Source of the DNA: Dicyema japonicum | Taxonomy: Eukaryota; Animalia; Dicyemida | Direction of reading: 5' to 3' | Assembly (NCBI GenBank): GCA_011109175.1 | Contig: RDEW01000014.1 | Span: 62,001 to 126,000, forward strand | Length of the DNA stretch: 64,000 bases | Part shown: in pieces, positions 62,414 to 64,000 of the stretch | How positions within the stretch are numbered: the first letter of the stretch is position 1 | Layout of the letters: each line of letters starts with the position of its first letter | The notes under the pieces: model-generated | Told to the model about the DNA's origin: nothing | The model's database searches: none | The model's input: the letters and a program-made list of their open reading frames with translations, nothing else | Program-made: the position numbers and the translations under genes

Positions 62414-63124
62414 ATGTTAATATATCGTTAGTCTAATGTGATGCTCAGCTTGGTTTCTGGAATTAGAAGCACTAAGCTCAAAGGATAAAATTTTCATAAT
62501 GGTTATTGGTTTGGAATCATCAGGGAAAACGGTAATCAATGGAATTAACATTTTCAGTTATTTTCTAACAATCTAAAGAGAATCTGTGAGAACAAGCCAG
62601 TGCTAGACATAAATACCTTCAAATACCACCCAACAATGGGAATTAATGGTAATTCCTAAAGTTAGACATTTAGTCACTAAAATCACACACACCCTCGAGA
62701 TTTCGCTCATTGATGTTGGTGGTAAAACAAACGTACAGAACTGTGGCTCAACGTACGTATTTATTTTTTATTAATTTAAAAATTAAAAAATATTTTTTAG
62801 TATTATAAAGAAGCTGATGGGATTTTCTATATTGTGGATGTTTCCTCTGCTGATAAGATTTTTTCTGCTATGAGGAATTTCGGTTTGTTTCTTTTAGTGA
62901 TTTTAGTGGGTAAAGTGTACCCACATATATGTGATGAGAAGTGGAGGAGGACCAAGCCTGTGTTGATTTTCTGCAATATGGATGAATCTATGGACTCCGA
63001 AGTGGCTGAGAGCTTGGTGAAGGAACATGTTGTGAATGTCCTTGTAGAACTTGGTGCTGTTGATCTGCACTGTAGAATTGAACTTGGGTGTGCTGCCAAT
63101 GGGTTTGTTTGTTGTTTATTTTAG
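62414..63124 (+). CDS. Atypical ARF/ARL-family small GTPase (possibly disrupted), multi-exon
   Basis: IFIMVIGLESSGKT (P-loop), YHPTMGIN, ISLIDVGG, YYKEADGIFYIVDVSS, PVLIFCN. Introns at 62427-62448, 62532-62557, 62649-62673, 62753 or 62757-62800, and possibly 62883-62906; stop TAG at 63122-63124. Confidence 0.8.
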
Positions 63125-64000
63125 AACGAATTTGAAGGATTCTTTGTCCTTCCTTGTTAAAAATATCCTAAATATTAATGAATTAGCTATTTGTGAAGAT
63201 TGATTTTTTTATTTATGAATTATTTTATATAAATTTATTTTTTTGAGAGGACATGCTTTGGGGAAGGATTTATTCTTTAAGCCTCTATGAGGAAATTCGT
63301 GATTAGTAGGGCGGAAATTATAAACATTTTAAAAACAAAATAGTACAATTATGACATCGGAAGGAAAAAATAGGACAATTTTATTATTTTTTTATTTTTC
63401 AATTGGGACATTTTTTAAATAAAAAATTACTTATAGAAAAAAATAAGCAAATTGTAATATAGCGGCCGTCCGGACAGAGTGGTTATTCACATAAATAGAA
63501 CTGATTTTTTCAAAAATCTGCATTTTCGAAATAATAAAAATGACGCTTCTGAGAAAATCCACAAATTGTGATAATTACAAATGTAGGTAATTTAATCTCA
63601 TCAAACATAGTTCTGCGTTTATTGATTTCAAAAGACATGGTAATTTAATTTGAGGAATATCTGTATAAAACTACTACCTAATTTGTGAAGTGGAATATCG
63701 GCATTTAAAAATGCTTTAACTAAAAAATATTCAGTTTTCTTAATCTTAAGTAAGAAAAAGCTACTTTTAAATAGGTTCAACCAATCAATTAAACGACGGA
63801 TATTCTCAACAAGTGCTTCAGCTGGAAGTTTTGGACTTTAATTTACATTTTGATTATGTCGCACATGGGGATTGGTAATTAAGTTTAAATAAAAATGTTA
63901 TTTAGAGTTGCTTTAACACTAAAATTCGAAGGCCGAATAGGAAACAGTATCAAATTGGCTTTCTAAAATTATGGAATGTCTTTCGAATTTTGTAACTGCT

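Noticed and set aside
3780-63124. Alternative genetic code (stop-codon reassignment) to explain in-frame stops
   Set aside because: The cathepsin A mature domain and the 238-aa RTE ORF read through with the standard code, TAA/TAG end genes normally, and the stops co-occur with frameshifts.
1-64000. CRISPR array, rRNA, telomeric repeat or LTR retrotransposon
   Set aside because: No regularly spaced repeats, rRNA signatures, telomere tracts, or LTR pair/integrase motifs were seen.

Overview
AT-rich eukaryotic scaffold segment with two N gaps, from an organism with very small GT-AG introns (mostly 19-27 nt). No bacterial operons, rRNA, intact tRNA or CRISPR arrays were found. Most of the window is decayed transposons: APE-type LINEs (Jockey/I-like, RTE-like, one with an RNase H remnant), REL-type non-LTR elements (CRE-like and R4/Dong-like), hAT DNA transposons, a pogo/Tigger remnant and a tRNA-headed SINE with an RTE-like tail. 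Host genes reconstructed by manual splicing are a cathepsin L-like cluster (two full-length but disrupted copies plus two fragments), an intron-bearing RTCB pseudogene fragment, a LAMP-like pseudogene, an SDS22-type LRR fragment, an atypical ARF/ARL GTPase and an unidentified intron-rich gene present twice. Large-scale structure: a diverged direct duplication (~40.3-48.7 kb vs ~56.0-62.2 kb) carrying the cathepsin gene, a ~3 kb inverted duplication (12.7-15.8 kb vs 32.6-35.7 kb), and two near-identical gap-flanking duplications that are probably assembly artefacts. The most interesting signals are the SINE/RTE pair, two degenerate 2A-like (StopGo) motifs just upstream of LINE endonuclease starts, non-canonical cathepsin active-site motifs and R4-like elements resembling microsporidian ones. 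No complete novel system could be demonstrated. All calls come from motif recognition by eye, and TE boundaries and identity figures are approximate.
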